NCBI GenBank assembly: GCA_038897215.1
Contig: JAWAWX010000001.1
Location: forward strand, 544,001 to 608,000
DNA: 64,000 bases
Direction: 5' to 3'
From: Acidilobaceae archaeon
GTDB taxonomy: Archaea > Thermoproteota > Thermoprotei_A > Sulfolobales > Acidilobaceae
Shown here: in pieces, positions 1 to 13,876 of the stretch
Layout of the letters: each line of letters begins with the position of its first letter
How positions within the stretch are numbered: position 1 is the stretch's first letter
Made by a program: the position numbers and the translations under genes
The notes under the pieces: model-generated
Databases searched by the model: none
Told to the model about the DNA's origin: nothing
Seen by the model: only the letters and a program-made list of their open reading frames with translations

Positions 1-1
1 G

Positions 2-439
2 GACATCTTCCTACTCTCAGGATTCGGCGCTGACTTCATAACGACTCTCAGAGAGTTCTCGAGTGAGCGCGTCCTAGTCTTCTTCGTCTTAGACGCTACG
101 ACTATGCATCGACTCGAAGACTACGCTTTCGCAGTGATCCTAGCTGCCTCTATGCGAGGAAAGCTCGGAGCAGAGGTTGTTCCTGTAGTCAATAAGATAG
201 ACTTGGCTCCGAGAATCATGTTCACAGGCGACCTTAGAAGAGACTCTAGGATACTCTCTAGACACCTGGGAGAGAGCAAGACACTCTACGGGGAGCTACT
301 AGCGGAGCTACTCTCTGTTCTATCGAGATTCGTGAAGAGCGCTAGAGTGCCTCTAGTCTCAGCTAAAACAGGAGCCGGCGTCGAGGACTTGCATAGAGTA
401 GCGCACGAGTTTCTCTGCGCGTGCGGTGACCTCACGTGA
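2..439 (+). CDS. GPN-loop/small GTPase, 5'-truncated by window edge
   Basis: Frame is open from position 2; G4 NKIDL, G5 SAKTG and C-terminal CACGDL are typical of archaeal GPN-type GTPases. Confidence 0.7.
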   Translation, partial: DIFLLSGFGADFITTLREFSSERVLVFFVLDATTMHRLEDYAFAVILAASMRGKLGAEVVPVVNKIDLAPRIMFTGDLRRDSRILSRHLGESKTLYGELLAELLSVLSRFVKSARVPLVSAKTGAGVEDLHRVAHEFLCACGDLT

Positions 440-1104
440 TTAACCCTGTAGTGACGAGGTCTCTCTCCCTAGCTCTATTCGTACTCCTACTCTTCGTTCA
501 AGCCTCGATAGCAGTAACTTCCTTTGATGCAGCCGCGGAGGTGGTGAGAGTCATCGATGGAGATACGCTAGAAGTCCTGATCTTAGAGAGCAGAGTGGAG
601 GGTGTGTTAGCAAACTCGATCGAGAGAGTCAGGTTCGCTGACATCAACGCTCCCGAGCTGGGGACGCCGGAGGGCGATGTCTCTAAGCTCTACCTGGAGT
701 CTCTTCTACCTCGAGGAGCTAGAATATACCTGGATATCGACAATGTAAGAGTGAGAGATAGGTATGGGAGAGTAGTCGCTGTGGTATACCATAGAGTGAA
801 CGATACCTGTCTTCTCAACGTGAACGCTCACATGGTCAGAGCAGGTCATGCAACCGTATGGGATCACGACAATGAATTCGATCCAAGCACGTGGAGAGAG
901 TGTGTAGACTTCGTGCTAGAGTCGGAAAGTGTAATACCGTCCATCTCGAGATTCCAAGTCTTCTTAGCCATCGTCGTCCCAGCGATTACCGTAGCTCTCG
1001 TGGCGATGATCGCTATGAGGAGAAGAAGGAGAAGAACGAGGAGCCCGCCTAGCTTGCGCTCTGCTCGAAGAAGAGGACCTTATGGAGAGCAGAGCGAGAG
1101 CTAG
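436..1104 (+). CDS. Thermonuclease (SNase) family nuclease with N-terminal signal and C-terminal membrane anchor
   Basis: VIDGDT, RVRFADINAPE, DRYGR and LNVNAHMVRAGHA motifs; hydrophobic N- and C-terminal segments. Confidence 0.9.
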   Translation: MINPVVTRSLSLALFVLLLFVQASIAVTSFDAAAEVVRVIDGDTLEVLILESRVEGVLANSIERVRFADINAPELGTPEGDVSKLYLESLLPRGARIYLDIDNVRVRDRYGRVVAVVYHRVNDTCLLNVNAHMVRAGHATVWDHDNEFDPSTWRECVDFVLESESVIPSISRFQVFLAIVVPAITVALVAMIAMRRRRRRTRSPPSLRSARRRGPYGEQSES

Positions 1105-1111
1105 AACGCTA

Positions 1112-1555
1112 CTATCTCTTAGGCTTCTGCTTCTTCCCCAGCCAGAGAGCCTTTAGAGAAACGCCGTTAACCATGACAACCTTGTATCTCACACCGGGCA
1201 GGTCTCCCATAGACCTGCCTCTGCTACCGCCTATTCCCTCGATTATGACTTCATCGTGCTCATCTATATACAGTATCCCTCCATCGTATGGAACGAACGC
1301 CGTGACTACCTTCTTGTTCTTAGCTAGCTGAACGCGGACACACTTTCTTAAAGCTGAATTAGGCTGACGTGACTCAATTCCAACCTTCTCTAGCACAATG
1401 CCTCTAGCCATGGGTGCCCCTTCTAGAGGGTCGTATCTCTCTTTAAGCCTCAACATGCGTACTCTGAAGTCTCTCTGACTCCATCTAAACTTGAGCCTCT
1501 TTCTTCTAAGCTTTCTGGCAGCATACAGACCTTGGGGGGATTTCTTGCCAGTCAT
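1112..1555 (-). CDS. rps12: 30S ribosomal protein S12
   Basis: [22 protein letters not shown] and [10 protein letters not shown]. Confidence 0.98.
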   Translation of the reverse strand: MTGKKSPQGLYAARKLRRKRLKFRWSQRDFRVRMLRLKERYDPLEGAPMARGIVLEKVGIESRQPNSALRKCVRVQLAKNKKVVTAFVPYDGGILYIDEHDEVIIEGIGGSRGRSMGDLPGVRYKVVMVNGVSLKALWLGKKQKPKR

Positions 1556-1606
1556 GAGTACTCCCCTGCTCTCCTCGGCGTGAGAGCCTTTAACCCCTAC
1601 TCTGCT

Positions 1607-2044
1607 CTACCTCACTTGAACTCTCGAGATTCCGAAAAGAGTCTTTAGTAGTAGCCTAGCTCTCTTTATGTTCCTACCGTTTTTCCCTATTGCTCTACCT
1701 TTGTACTCTTCTCTAATCTTGATGATCAGAACCTTCCCCTCTCTAGATTCTTGAAGCTCGAAGTTCTCAATGCTCTCTGCTGGGAACAAGTATCTTATCA
1801 TTTCTTCGAGTTTATCGGGGTATCTGACTATCTCGACAGGCCTCTTGAAGACTTGACTGAGAATTCTGACATTCTTGCCGTTCTTGCCGACCGCTCTTCC
1901 ATAATCGCTCTTATCGACTAGGAATATTACTCGATTGTTTTCAGAGTCTATGATGCACCTATACGCTGTGCATCTAGTTAGCTCACTGAAAGCCGACATT
2001 AGTCTTAGCTCCTCAACGGTTATCCTGCTAGAGTCGATGCTCAA
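1607..2044 (-). CDS. nusA: Archaeal NusA (two KH domains)
   Basis: Two GRAVGKNG/GRAIGKNG KH motifs; position between L30e and S12. Confidence 0.93.
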   Translation of the reverse strand: MSIDSSRITVEELRLMSAFSELTRCTAYRCIIDSENNRVIFLVDKSDYGRAVGKNGKNVRILSQVFKRPVEIVRYPDKLEEMIRYLFPAESIENFELQESREGKVLIIKIREEYKGRAIGKNGRNIKRARLLLKTLFGISRVQVR

Positions 2045-2055
2045 GGGGGCACCCT

Positions 2056-2376
2056 CTAGGCTCTAGAGGCTAGCTCGACTATCCTGGAGGCTCCTGGGTC
2101 GATTACAGCGATTATAGAAACCGGGAATGGCTTGCCTATGACTCCGCCTAGGTCTACGCTTCTCCCTTCGTAGACCATAACGGGGGTTCCGGAGAGTTTA
2201 GCGTAGTAGAGAGCTTTCTCTTTGATCGCTGGCGGGGCTCCACTAGCGATGATTACGAGTTTCGCTTCTCCTCTGGCTAGAGCCTTGAGAGACTTCCTGT
2301 AGCCTAGATAGTACTTACCGCTCTTGACTAGAGACTTGATCTCCCTCTCTAGCACAGCGCTTGACACTACAGACAT
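2056..2376 (-). CDS. rpl30e: 50S ribosomal protein L30e
   Basis: SGKYYLGYRKSLKAL and DLGGVIGKPFPVS; ATG at 2376 preferred to the upstream ORF start. Confidence 0.95.
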   Translation of the reverse strand: MSVVSSAVLEREIKSLVKSGKYYLGYRKSLKALARGEAKLVIIASGAPPAIKEKALYYAKLSGTPVMVYEGRSVDLGGVIGKPFPVSIIAVIDPGASRIVELASRA

Positions 2377-2383
2377 CCCAGCT

Positions 2384-6276
<3,893 letters not shown>

Positions 6277-6280
6277 CTCC

Positions 6281-9200
6281 CTACTCGCTATCTCCTCCTA
6301 GCACTCGCTGTATCAACGAGATCTTGTCTGCTACCTTGATCTCAGGCTTTATACCCATGCTGAGGAGCTCTTGTAGAAGTAGTTTGAACGCGTAGGGGAC
6401 CTTCACGGGTTTCACATCACCCTCCTCTCCGTGTATCGGGCACTCGTAGACTCCCTTCTTTCTATTAAACCAGGATATGTGTCCGCAGAGATTGCATACA
6501 TACATCGTGTAGACGTCGCTGGACTCCAAGAGTCTCTCTCTTATGAGCATCGATGCACCGTGACCCACGAGGCTGTCTCTCTCCATCTCTCCGAATCTCA
6601 GCCCTCCTTGTCTAGCCTTGCCCTCTGTTGGCTGCCTGGTCAGAAGCTGGACTTTGCCTGTAGCTCTAGCGTGCATCTTGTCTGAAACCATGTGGTATAG
6701 CCTCTGGTAGAAAGATATCCCGATAACCACGGGTCTCTCTATGATCTCCCCTGTCCTCCCATCATACATCACCTCTCTCGAGCTAGGGTCGTGACCGGAC
6801 TTCAGCAGCTCTATTCTCAGAGACTCGACGCTCTCCTTGAAGAATGGTGTGGCATCAACGTATCTAGCCTTGAGAGCACCGACTTTTCCGGCTATAACCT
6901 CTAATAGCTGACCTACAGTCATCCTGGAGGGTATGGCGTGAGGATTCATTATGACATCGGGAGTCACTCCTTCCTCGGTGTACGGTAGGTCGTATGCTGG
7001 ATACAGCATGCCTATGACTCCCTTCTGGCCGTGTCTTGTAGCGAACTTATCGCCTATCTCTGGGATTCTCTGGTCTCTGACTCTCACCTTGACTAGCTTG
7101 TTCTTCTCTAAAGTCTTAGTTAAGATTACTGTATCAACAACCCCAGACTCTCCGTATCTGAGCTGGACGCTCGTATCTCTGTAAGACATGAGAGCTGATG
7201 ATATCACTCTCTCTTCGCCCATGAATCTAGGGGGGCTTTCTCTGCCGACGAGAACATCCCCTCCACTTACCTCTACCTCAGGCCAGATAACGCCGTCGGG
7301 GGAGAGCTTTCTGTAGTAGTGGTCTCCCTTATGGTCGTAGAGCTTGGGTGAAGGGACTGTTATCTTGTCGCTTAAGCCTCCGGGATAGTCCTGCTCTTGA
7401 GCTATGTAGGTGCGGAAGAAGTAGGCTCTTGCTAGCCCGTAGTCTACAGAGGTCTTATTGAACACTATGGCGTCCTCCATGTTGTAGCCTTCGAAGGGCA
7501 GTATGGCTAAGACCATGTTCTGACCTGAGGGTCTTTCATTGTAATCGATAATCTCTAGCCCTCGGGTTTGAACTATGGGTCTCTGAGGGTACTGGAGTAG
7601 ATACGAGTGGCTATCGGTCCTGAACCTGTAGTTGAGCGCGTAGAGCCCTAGAGCTTGCTTAGCCATAGCTGATTGATAGGTATTCCTAGGGCTCTGGTTA
7701 TGCTCTATGTAGGGTATAGTTGAAGCAGCTACTCCGAGTATACCTGGAGTCCAGAGCTCTAGATGTGTGTGTTCTCGCGTCAGGTCGCTGGGGAGTTCTG
7801 CTATGTAAGCGTTCTCTTCCTCGTCAGGGTCTAGGAACTCTATCACTCCCTCCTCTACTAGATCCCAGAAGCTGACCTCTCCCGATTTCAGCTTCTCTAT
7901 ATGCTCTTCTGTGAGCTTAGGCACTCCGTTCTCGACTATGATGAGGGGCCTCATGAGCCTGCCTTCATCAGTATTTATGTACACCTCGTCTATGAACTCT
8001 GTCTTTATATGAGCAACGCTTATCTCGAAACATCTATGCTCTAAAGCTCTGCCAGAGCATAATACATTCATTCTCCTCTTTTCTCTAATAGCTTTGACTA
8101 GCTTCTCTCCATCAGAGTGATAGCCTATAGGTCTACCGTTAAGGAGAACCCTAGACCCTCTCGCCATGACCTCGGGCGGGACTCCTGTAGCGATCGCTTC
8201 GGAGACTAGCTCGTCTAGCTTCTGGACTCCGAAATCGTTGTAGAGCATTTCCTCTACAAAGCTCTCGCTAACGCCAACACTTATGTAGGCGTATAGCGCT
8301 AGGTTCTTCACTAAACCGCAGTTTATACCTTCGGGTGTCTCGAAGGGGCAGAGTCTACCCCAGTGTGTTCCATGGAGGTCTCTGGCCTCGAAGTGTGCCT
8401 GCACTTTGCTCAGAGGGGATACTACTCTGCGTAGATGGCTGAGGAGGCTTACCCAATTGGTTCTATCCAGCGCCTGGCTTATCCCGGTTCTCTCTAGGCT
8501 CCAGTTACCTGTGGCTATAGCTGTCCTCAACCTCTCTGATATTATATCGCTCCTGATCAAGTTGACTATACGCACCTTCCTTCTCTGAGATATCGCCTCC
8601 TCCATCCTGCTCTGAATGTTTCTAACCAGAACCTCGTACGATTCTCTGAAGATCTCGGCTATCAGGTCTCCCGCTAGCCTGATTCTCTTGTTTGAATAGT
8701 GGTCCTTATCGTCGGGAGCTCTCTTGCCCAGATAACATTCTATAACTCTTCTAGCCATCTCGGCTAAGTAGTAGGCTTTCTTCTTTCTATCTTGAGGACT
8801 TGAGCCTAGGTGAGGTAAGAGCTGTCTATCTAGGAACTCCTCTGCTCTCTCTATCCTAACCTCTACCGGCTGGCCTGGCGCGAGCCTGTTGCCTAAGAAC
8901 TTGAGAGCATCCTCCGTGGTTTTCACGGAATCCGCTACTTTCTCAAAGCTCGGCAATAGCTCTCGCTGCACCTCGGGGTCTGTCGAGACTGCTAGAACGA
9001 TCTCGATATCCTTCTCTAAGCCTAGAGCTCTCATGAGAATCACGAAGGGTATCCTGTAGTTGAGCTTAGAGACTGTAACCTCTAGACTGCCATCACTCAT
9101 TCTATCAACAATAACCTGTCTTCTTACTCCGAGTGACGTAGAGACTACTTTAGCCGAGTGGGTTATCTTAGCTGTTCCGGCTTGAGCCGGGCCTACTATG

Positions 9201-9790
9201 ATTCTATTAACGGCTAGGTCTTCTTGAGCCACGATGACTTTCTCGTTACCATTTATTATGAAGTATCCTCCGGGGTCTCGGGGGTCCTCCCCTATGGCTA
9301 TTAGTTCCTCTGGGCTAAGTTTACTAAGAGGGTCTATGACCGATCTAACCATCACAGGGAAGTCTGCTATCTTCACTATCCTCCTCTCAACCTCGACGCC
9401 GTCTTGGATAAGAGTGACTTCAGCGTAGAGGGGAGCAGTGTACGATATGTCTCTTATCCTACACTCGTAGGGGGTTATTGGATGCTGATATCCGTCTGCT
9501 TCTTTAACCATAGGTCTTCCGAATGCTTGCTCTAGCTTCTCGGGGATTCTTACAACCACCCTTATGTCGGGCGCGCCGGCCAGCTGAGCTCTCCTTACTC
9601 TCCACCAAGCAGGTCTGATCTCCGAGTTGGCTTTAACGATCTCCGAGAGCTTCCTAGACACGAACTCATTGTAGGAGTCTAGGTGCTGTCGAGCTAGCCC
9701 AAGAGACTCAAGGTACGATTTAAACACAGCCCAGAGCTCTTCTTGGCTCAAGTGTCGCTGCTGAGCTCTTCTCCGTGTCAATAAAGTCAC
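6281..9790 (-). CDS. rpoB: RNA polymerase subunit B (Rpo2, unsplit)
   Basis: GDKFATRHGQKG, GGLRFGEMERD and C-terminal Zn finger. Confidence 0.99.
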   Translation of the reverse strand: MTLLTRRRAQQRHLSQEELWAVFKSYLESLGLARQHLDSYNEFVSRKLSEIVKANSEIRPAWWRVRRAQLAGAPDIRVVVRIPEKLEQAFGRPMVKEADGYQHPITPYECRIRDISYTAPLYAEVTLIQDGVEVERRIVKIADFPVMVRSVIDPLSKLSPEELIAIGEDPRDPGGYFIINGNEKVIVAQEDLAVNRIIVGPAQAGTAKITHSAKVVSTSLGVRRQVIVDRMSDGSLEVTVSKLNYRIPFVILMRALGLEKDIEIVLAVSTDPEVQRELLPSFEKVADSVKTTEDALKFLGNRLAPGQPVEVRIERAEEFLDRQLLPHLGSSPQDRKKKAYYLAEMARRVIECYLGKRAPDDKDHYSNKRIRLAGDLIAEIFRESYEVLVRNIQSRMEEAISQRRKVRIVNLIRSDIISERLRTAIATGNWSLERTGISQALDRTNWVSLLSHLRRVVSPLSKVQAHFEARDLHGTHWGRLCPFETPEGINCGLVKNLALYAYISVGVSESFVEEMLYNDFGVQKLDELVSEAIATGVPPEVMARGSRVLLNGRPIGYHSDGEKLVKAIREKRRMNVLCSGRALEHRCFEISVAHIKTEFIDEVYINTDEGRLMRPLIIVENGVPKLTEEHIEKLKSGEVSFWDLVEEGVIEFLDPDEEENAYIAELPSDLTREHTHLELWTPGILGVAASTIPYIEHNQSPRNTYQSAMAKQALGLYALNYRFRTDSHSYLLQYPQRPIVQTRGLEIIDYNERPSGQNMVLAILPFEGYNMEDAIVFNKTSVDYGLARAYFFRTYIAQEQDYPGGLSDKITVPSPKLYDHKGDHYYRKLSPDGVIWPEVEVSGGDVLVGRESPPRFMGEERVISSALMSYRDTSVQLRYGESGVVDTVILTKTLEKNKLVKVRVRDQRIPEIGDKFATRHGQKGVIGMLYPAYDLPYTEEGVTPDVIMNPHAIPSRMTVGQLLEVIAGKVGALKARYVDATPFFKESVESLRIELLKSGHDPSSREVMYDGRTGEIIERPVVIGISFYQRLYHMVSDKMHARATGKVQLLTRQPTEGKARQGGLRFGEMERDSLVGHGASMLIRERLLESSDVYTMYVCNLCGHISWFNRKKGVYECPIHGEEGDVKPVKVPYAFKLLLQELLSMGIKPEIKVADKISLIQRVLGGDSE

Positions 9791-9791
9791 C

Positions 9792-10055
9792 TCACTTCTT
9801 CTTCTCGAACGACACCACGATCCTATAAGCTACACTCACGCCTCCTCTAGGAGTTCTCCGCTTTATCTCAATTATGTCTCCGGGCTTGGCTCCTAGGAGT
9901 CTGACTACGGGGTCGTTAACACTTATCTGAGGAAGTTGCCACGGCTTAACTCCTAGACTTCGAAGAACTTCTACAGCCTCCTCTAAGCTGAGTACTCGAT
10001 GTTCTGGCACCAATTCGTGCTCTAGTATCTTTCTACTCAAACCGCTGGAGCTCAT
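9792..10055 (-). CDS. rpoH: RNA polymerase subunit H (Rpo5)
   Basis: [10 protein letters not shown]...QLPQI...DPVV...GDIIEIKR. Confidence 0.97.
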   Translation of the reverse strand: MSSSGLSRKILEHELVPEHRVLSLEEAVEVLRSLGVKPWQLPQISVNDPVVRLLGAKPGDIIEIKRRTPRGGVSVAYRIVVSFEKKK

Positions 10056-10430
10056 GTACTAAGACCTCACCTCCCCTCACTGCAAAGCGCTAGCCTTAAA
10101 TTCCTGACTCTCATCGAGGAAATCAAGGGTACTTCAGGCTCTCTGCAAGCCATGGCCTGCTCTCTCACACTATAATAGAGTATGCTCGCTCACTCCCTAA
10201 TAACTTTTCTTCGAGCGTTGAGCACGAGTTAGGGGTCTCGCCACATTAGAGGCTCTACTGGAGTAGCGGTAAATAATAAGGCGTGTTGTAGAACACGCGC
10301 TTGTACGCGTAAAGAAGGTCGAGATGAATTAGTCTTGAAGATTAGCAGTAAAAAAGAGTCAAGCTCCGCGAGAAGGGTGCTCCCGCTAAATTTCCCGAAG
10401 CTCTTTTTTAAGACAAAGGGGTATGATGAG

Positions 10431-10805
10431 TTGGAGTATAGATTTGTCCATCTTCTTAGTAAAGAGGCTAGAAAGAAGATCATCGAGGAGGCTTTATCAC
10501 GTAGAAGTCTGAGAGAGCTCTCGGAGACTCTAGGAGTCTCTGTAGCTGCTATAAGCAAGTACAAATCAGGTATCACTCATCCAAGCGACGAGACTCTAGC
10601 TCGCTTACTTGAAGTTGCGGAGGAGGAAGAAGCTAGAGAATACGTGAGGATCATGGTAGAGGACCTAGTCTCAGGGATATCTGAACTCATATCGTGGGCT
10701 CTTGAGAGAAACTTACTAGATGCTAGTGTAATAGCTAAAGTAGAAAAGCTTCATGCTAAAACATTAGCTGCTATGACTAGTAGGAAGAGATTATCGAAGA
10801 TGTAG
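10431..10805 (+). CDS. XRE-type HTH transcriptional regulator
   Basis: SLRELSETLGVSVAAISKYKSG helix-turn-helix; TTG start at 10431 chosen because a TTTTTTAAG TATA-like box lies at about 10404-10412. Confidence 0.8.
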   Translation: MEYRFVHLLSKEARKKIIEEALSRRSLRELSETLGVSVAAISKYKSGITHPSDETLARLLEVAEEEEAREYVRIMVEDLVSGISELISWALERNLLDASVIAKVEKLHAKTLAAMTSRKRLSKM

Positions 10806-10826
10806 CTTGAAAGCCGAACTCACGCA

Positions 10827-10925
10827 TGGAGCCGCCGGCGGGATTCGAACCCGCGACCACCGGCTTTCCCGCTGACCCGTTATCCGCTACGAGGCCGGCG
10901 CTCTACCGGGCTGAGCTACGGCGGC
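10827..10925 (-). tRNA. tRNA-Thr(CGU) with 22-nt intron at 37/38 (10866-10887)
   Basis: Cloverleaf GCCGCCG...CGGCGGC-T-CCA; anticodon CGT; BHB with central helix CUCG/CGGG and bulges UA^G and AA^A. Confidence 0.95.
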
Positions 10926-11047
10926 TCCTATCACTGAGGATTTCAGCAAACAAGTTATTAAATGTTTCCTCTTTAGCGCAAATCGTATCCTAAGACGCTC
11001 TCTACTCGAAAAAGCATAGGAGCCCTTGCTAATGCTCAAATCTCGTG

Positions 11048-11124
11048 TGGCGGGCCCGCCGGGATTTGAACCCGGGACCTACGGGTTAAGAGCCCGCCGC
11101 TCCACCAGGCTGAGCTACGGGCCC
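11048..11124 (-). tRNA. tRNA-Lys(CUU)
   Basis: GGGCCCG...GCGGG CT CTT AA CCCGT...GGTTCAAATCC...CCA encoded. Confidence 0.97.
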
Positions 11125-11209
11125 GCTCATACCGTGATCTCTTAGCTTCACTCTCCTAGGGTATTTAAGATTTCGTGTGAAAAGATGAGAGAGTGCCGGT
11201 TTAGCGTTC

Positions 11210-12241
11210 CTACCATAGTGATTTAGTAAGACCGAGAGATTGATCGGTTTTCTTTATGGAGGCTTCTGGAGACTTCTCTATGCCCGCTAGAGCTCTTATA
11301 GCGTCTATGTTTTCAGGGATCACTATTGATTCTTGATGAACGGCTTGGAAGAGATTGACCTCCCTTCCAGAAACCGAGACTGAGTCCTCAAAGACTATAA
11401 GTTCGGGCACATCGTATCTATGCCTGACTTCTCTAGCCGCTTCTATTATCCCAGCTGTTCCCATTATCTTCACTCGTGTAGCCGGGATCAATATGAATCT
11501 AGGAGATTCTCTGAGAACCTCTATCACATCTCTTCTCTCAACATCCCGCGATAGCTTGAGTGTTACGTGATGAACGTGCATGAGCGTCGTTGGAACTATG
11601 ACTGCAGCTGTGTAAATGTCTAGCCATGGGAGAACGCTTTTCACATCGTGAGCGTGGTGGCTAGGAGTTCTAGGAGGGTCTAGCTCTACGGAGTTGATTG
11701 GACCCCTCTCTACCTCCTTTGGGTCTGCTCCTCTCCTGATGATTACTGCGTGAACCTTCTCTACGCCGAAGTGTTTGTGGAGAGTACAGATTAGTCTCAA
11801 GAGAGCCGTGGTGTTGCAGGATACTACTCTCGCGCTATTCTTGCCGAGAGCTTCCTCATAATTGCATAGAGAGCTGAAAGAGACCTGAGCTACGTGAGCC
11901 TTCTCTCCCCCCTCATAGACCTGCTTGACTCCATGCTTTTCGTATATAGGCTTGTTCCTTTCACCAACACCTGCAGGAGTAGCGTCTACTACTAGATCGA
12001 CTTTACTGAGCAAATCGTCTAAAAGCCCCGCTACCTTTACTCCAAGCTCCTCGAAATACTTTACGTTCTCCTGTTTACTCACATAGACCTTGATTCCTTT
12101 CTTCAGAGCCTGGAGAGTAGCGTAGCTAGGAGAGACTTCAGCTATGCCCTCTAGCACCATATCGTCTTGCTTGAGAATAGCGTCAGCAACTCTTTTACCA
12201 ATCGTACCGTAACCCACTACGCCTACGCGAACAAATGGCAT
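11210..12241 (-). CDS. gap: Archaeal type II glyceraldehyde-3-phosphate dehydrogenase
   Basis: GYGTIGKRVADA and catalytic VVSCNTT. Confidence 0.97.
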   Translation of the reverse strand: MPFVRVGVVGYGTIGKRVADAILKQDDMVLEGIAEVSPSYATLQALKKGIKVYVSKQENVKYFEELGVKVAGLLDDLLSKVDLVVDATPAGVGERNKPIYEKHGVKQVYEGGEKAHVAQVSFSSLCNYEEALGKNSARVVSCNTTALLRLICTLHKHFGVEKVHAVIIRRGADPKEVERGPINSVELDPPRTPSHHAHDVKSVLPWLDIYTAAVIVPTTLMHVHHVTLKLSRDVERRDVIEVLRESPRFILIPATRVKIMGTAGIIEAAREVRHRYDVPELIVFEDSVSVSGREVNLFQAVHQESIVIPENIDAIRALAGIEKSPEASIKKTDQSLGLTKSLW

Positions 12242-12300
12242 CTCGCTCAGCCGGTGAGAGAATACTCAAATCACTCCTTTAAAATATTTCCCGAAATAAA

Positions 12301-12314
12301 AGATTAAGCTGGAA
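12301..12314 (-). promoter_or_regulatory. Candidate shared upstream motif TTCCAGCTTAATCT (gap copy)
   Basis: Identical 14-mer at 13646-13659, at a similar distance upstream of pgk. Confidence 0.4.
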
Positions 12315-12352
12315 GAGCTACCTAACACGTGTCTTCGTAATCCACACTATAG

Positions 12353-13591
12353 CTAGGTTATGTTGAAGATACTAGCTGAGCGAGATAGAGCCTCAAGGCA
12401 TGGCAGTTTCTCTCCTGAGAAAGCATAGAGAAGCGCTCCGCCGGCAGTACTGAGATGCCCTGCTCTCTCTCTGAGAGTTTCTGGCATCGATTCAACCACA
12501 GAGATTAAGTGTCCTCCGCCAAAGATAGTGTACGCTCTCGACCTCAATGCTCGCATGACTAGCTCCTCGGTGCCTCTCCTGAATCTGGGGTCCTCGATGA
12601 CCCCAGCTGGACCCTTCATGACTATGAGTCCTGCTCTATCTAAAAACGCGCTATATCTCTGTATGGTCTCTGGGCCTATGTCTTTGGGGGGTCCTGATAG
12701 TTTTTCGAGTGTCTCGACTTCAGCGCTATCTCTAGACGCGACCATGAAGTCTGTGGGGGTAAATATCCTGTCTGCATGTTTTTGGAGAATTTGTCTAGAC
12801 AAAGAAACCAACCCCTCATCCCGCGCTTGCTTGGGGGCTATACTCGGGGGTATGAGGTTAGCGCTAGCTAGGAGAACTAGAGCCGTGACTCCCGTGGTTA
12901 GAACAATGTCAGCAATGCCTCTCGATAGCATCTTGTCAATAGCCTTGAGCGCGTCATCGACCTTAGAGCCTCCTAGCACGAAGACTCGCGGGCGGTTCTC
13001 CGCTTCAATCGCTTTAGACAAGGCCTTCAGCTCTTTCTCCATGAGTCTTCCCGCTACGCTAGGTAGCGCTATAGGGAAGCCTACAAGACTAGCTTGGCTT
13101 CTATGGCATGCTGAGAAAGCGTCATTCACGAATAGCGAGAAATATCGAGATAGCTTTGATACGAAATAGCTTCTCGCATGATGCTCTGGAGCTTCCTCAA
13201 TAATCTCCTCTGCTAGAAGTCTTACGTTCTCCAACACTAAGACCTCTCCAGGTCTTAGGCTCTCTATTGCTTTAATTGCCGACTCGAAGCATATATCCTC
13301 GACGAAGAGAACTTCTCGGTTAAGCACTTTGCTTAAAGCTCGAGAGTGCTGCCTTAGGCTAGTAAAGTCTTTATCGAAGGGTCTACCCTGGTGGCTAACG
13401 ATAACGAGCGCTGCTTCTTTCTCGAGAAGCTCCTCTATAGTCTCCTTATGTGCCTTGATTCTCGTGTAGTCAAGGATCTCTCCTGTATTCGGGTCAATGG
13501 GGGAGTTGAAGTCTACTCTGAGTAAGACACGACGCTTTCTAACTTCAACATTGTCAAGTGTAGCTATCTTGAGACCTCTGAAAGACAGCAA
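12353..13591 (-). CDS. pgk: Phosphoglycerate kinase
   Basis: LRVDFNSP, SHQGRP, LENVR, NDAFSACHR and STAGGA. Confidence 0.97.
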   Translation of the reverse strand: MLSFRGLKIATLDNVEVRKRRVLLRVDFNSPIDPNTGEILDYTRIKAHKETIEELLEKEAALVIVSHQGRPFDKDFTSLRQHSRALSKVLNREVLFVEDICFESAIKAIESLRPGEVLVLENVRLLAEEIIEEAPEHHARSYFVSKLSRYFSLFVNDAFSACHRSQASLVGFPIALPSVAGRLMEKELKALSKAIEAENRPRVFVLGGSKVDDALKAIDKMLSRGIADIVLTTGVTALVLLASANLIPPSIAPKQARDEGLVSLSRQILQKHADRIFTPTDFMVASRDSAEVETLEKLSGPPKDIGPETIQRYSAFLDRAGLIVMKGPAGVIEDPRFRRGTEELVMRALRSRAYTIFGGGHLISVVESMPETLRERAGHLSTAGGALLYAFSGEKLPCLEALSRSASIFNIT

Positions 13592-13654
13592 AGAGAGGAC
13601 ACCGAGTGAAGAATAAACACTCTCAACTAATAAATCTCAGAAAAGAGATTAAGC

Positions 13655-13702
13655 TGGAACCGTTTCCTGCTCTAGGTCGACCTAGAGCAGGAAACGGTTC
13701 CA
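13655..13702. repeat. 48-bp perfect loopless palindrome
   Basis: TGGAACCGTTTCCTGCTCTAGGTC|GACCTAGAGCAGGAAACGGTTCCA, checked base by base. Confidence 0.95.
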
Positions 13703-13876
13703 CAAGCCCCCCACGATCTTCCATGAGTCTCAGAAACCTGGGAGGTCACTGGCGCATCTACTTGCTTAAGAACTCTATAAGCTTTACGGAGCGTGATCAC
13801 TAGAAGATACACAAAAACCTTAGTGAACCTTAATCCACAAAACGGTAGCCAGACCCTAAGATGCAGATTTGAGGGT

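Noticed and set aside
13606-13803. 65-aa plus ORF over the palindrome
   Set aside because: Spans promoter and palindrome DNA; no coding signal
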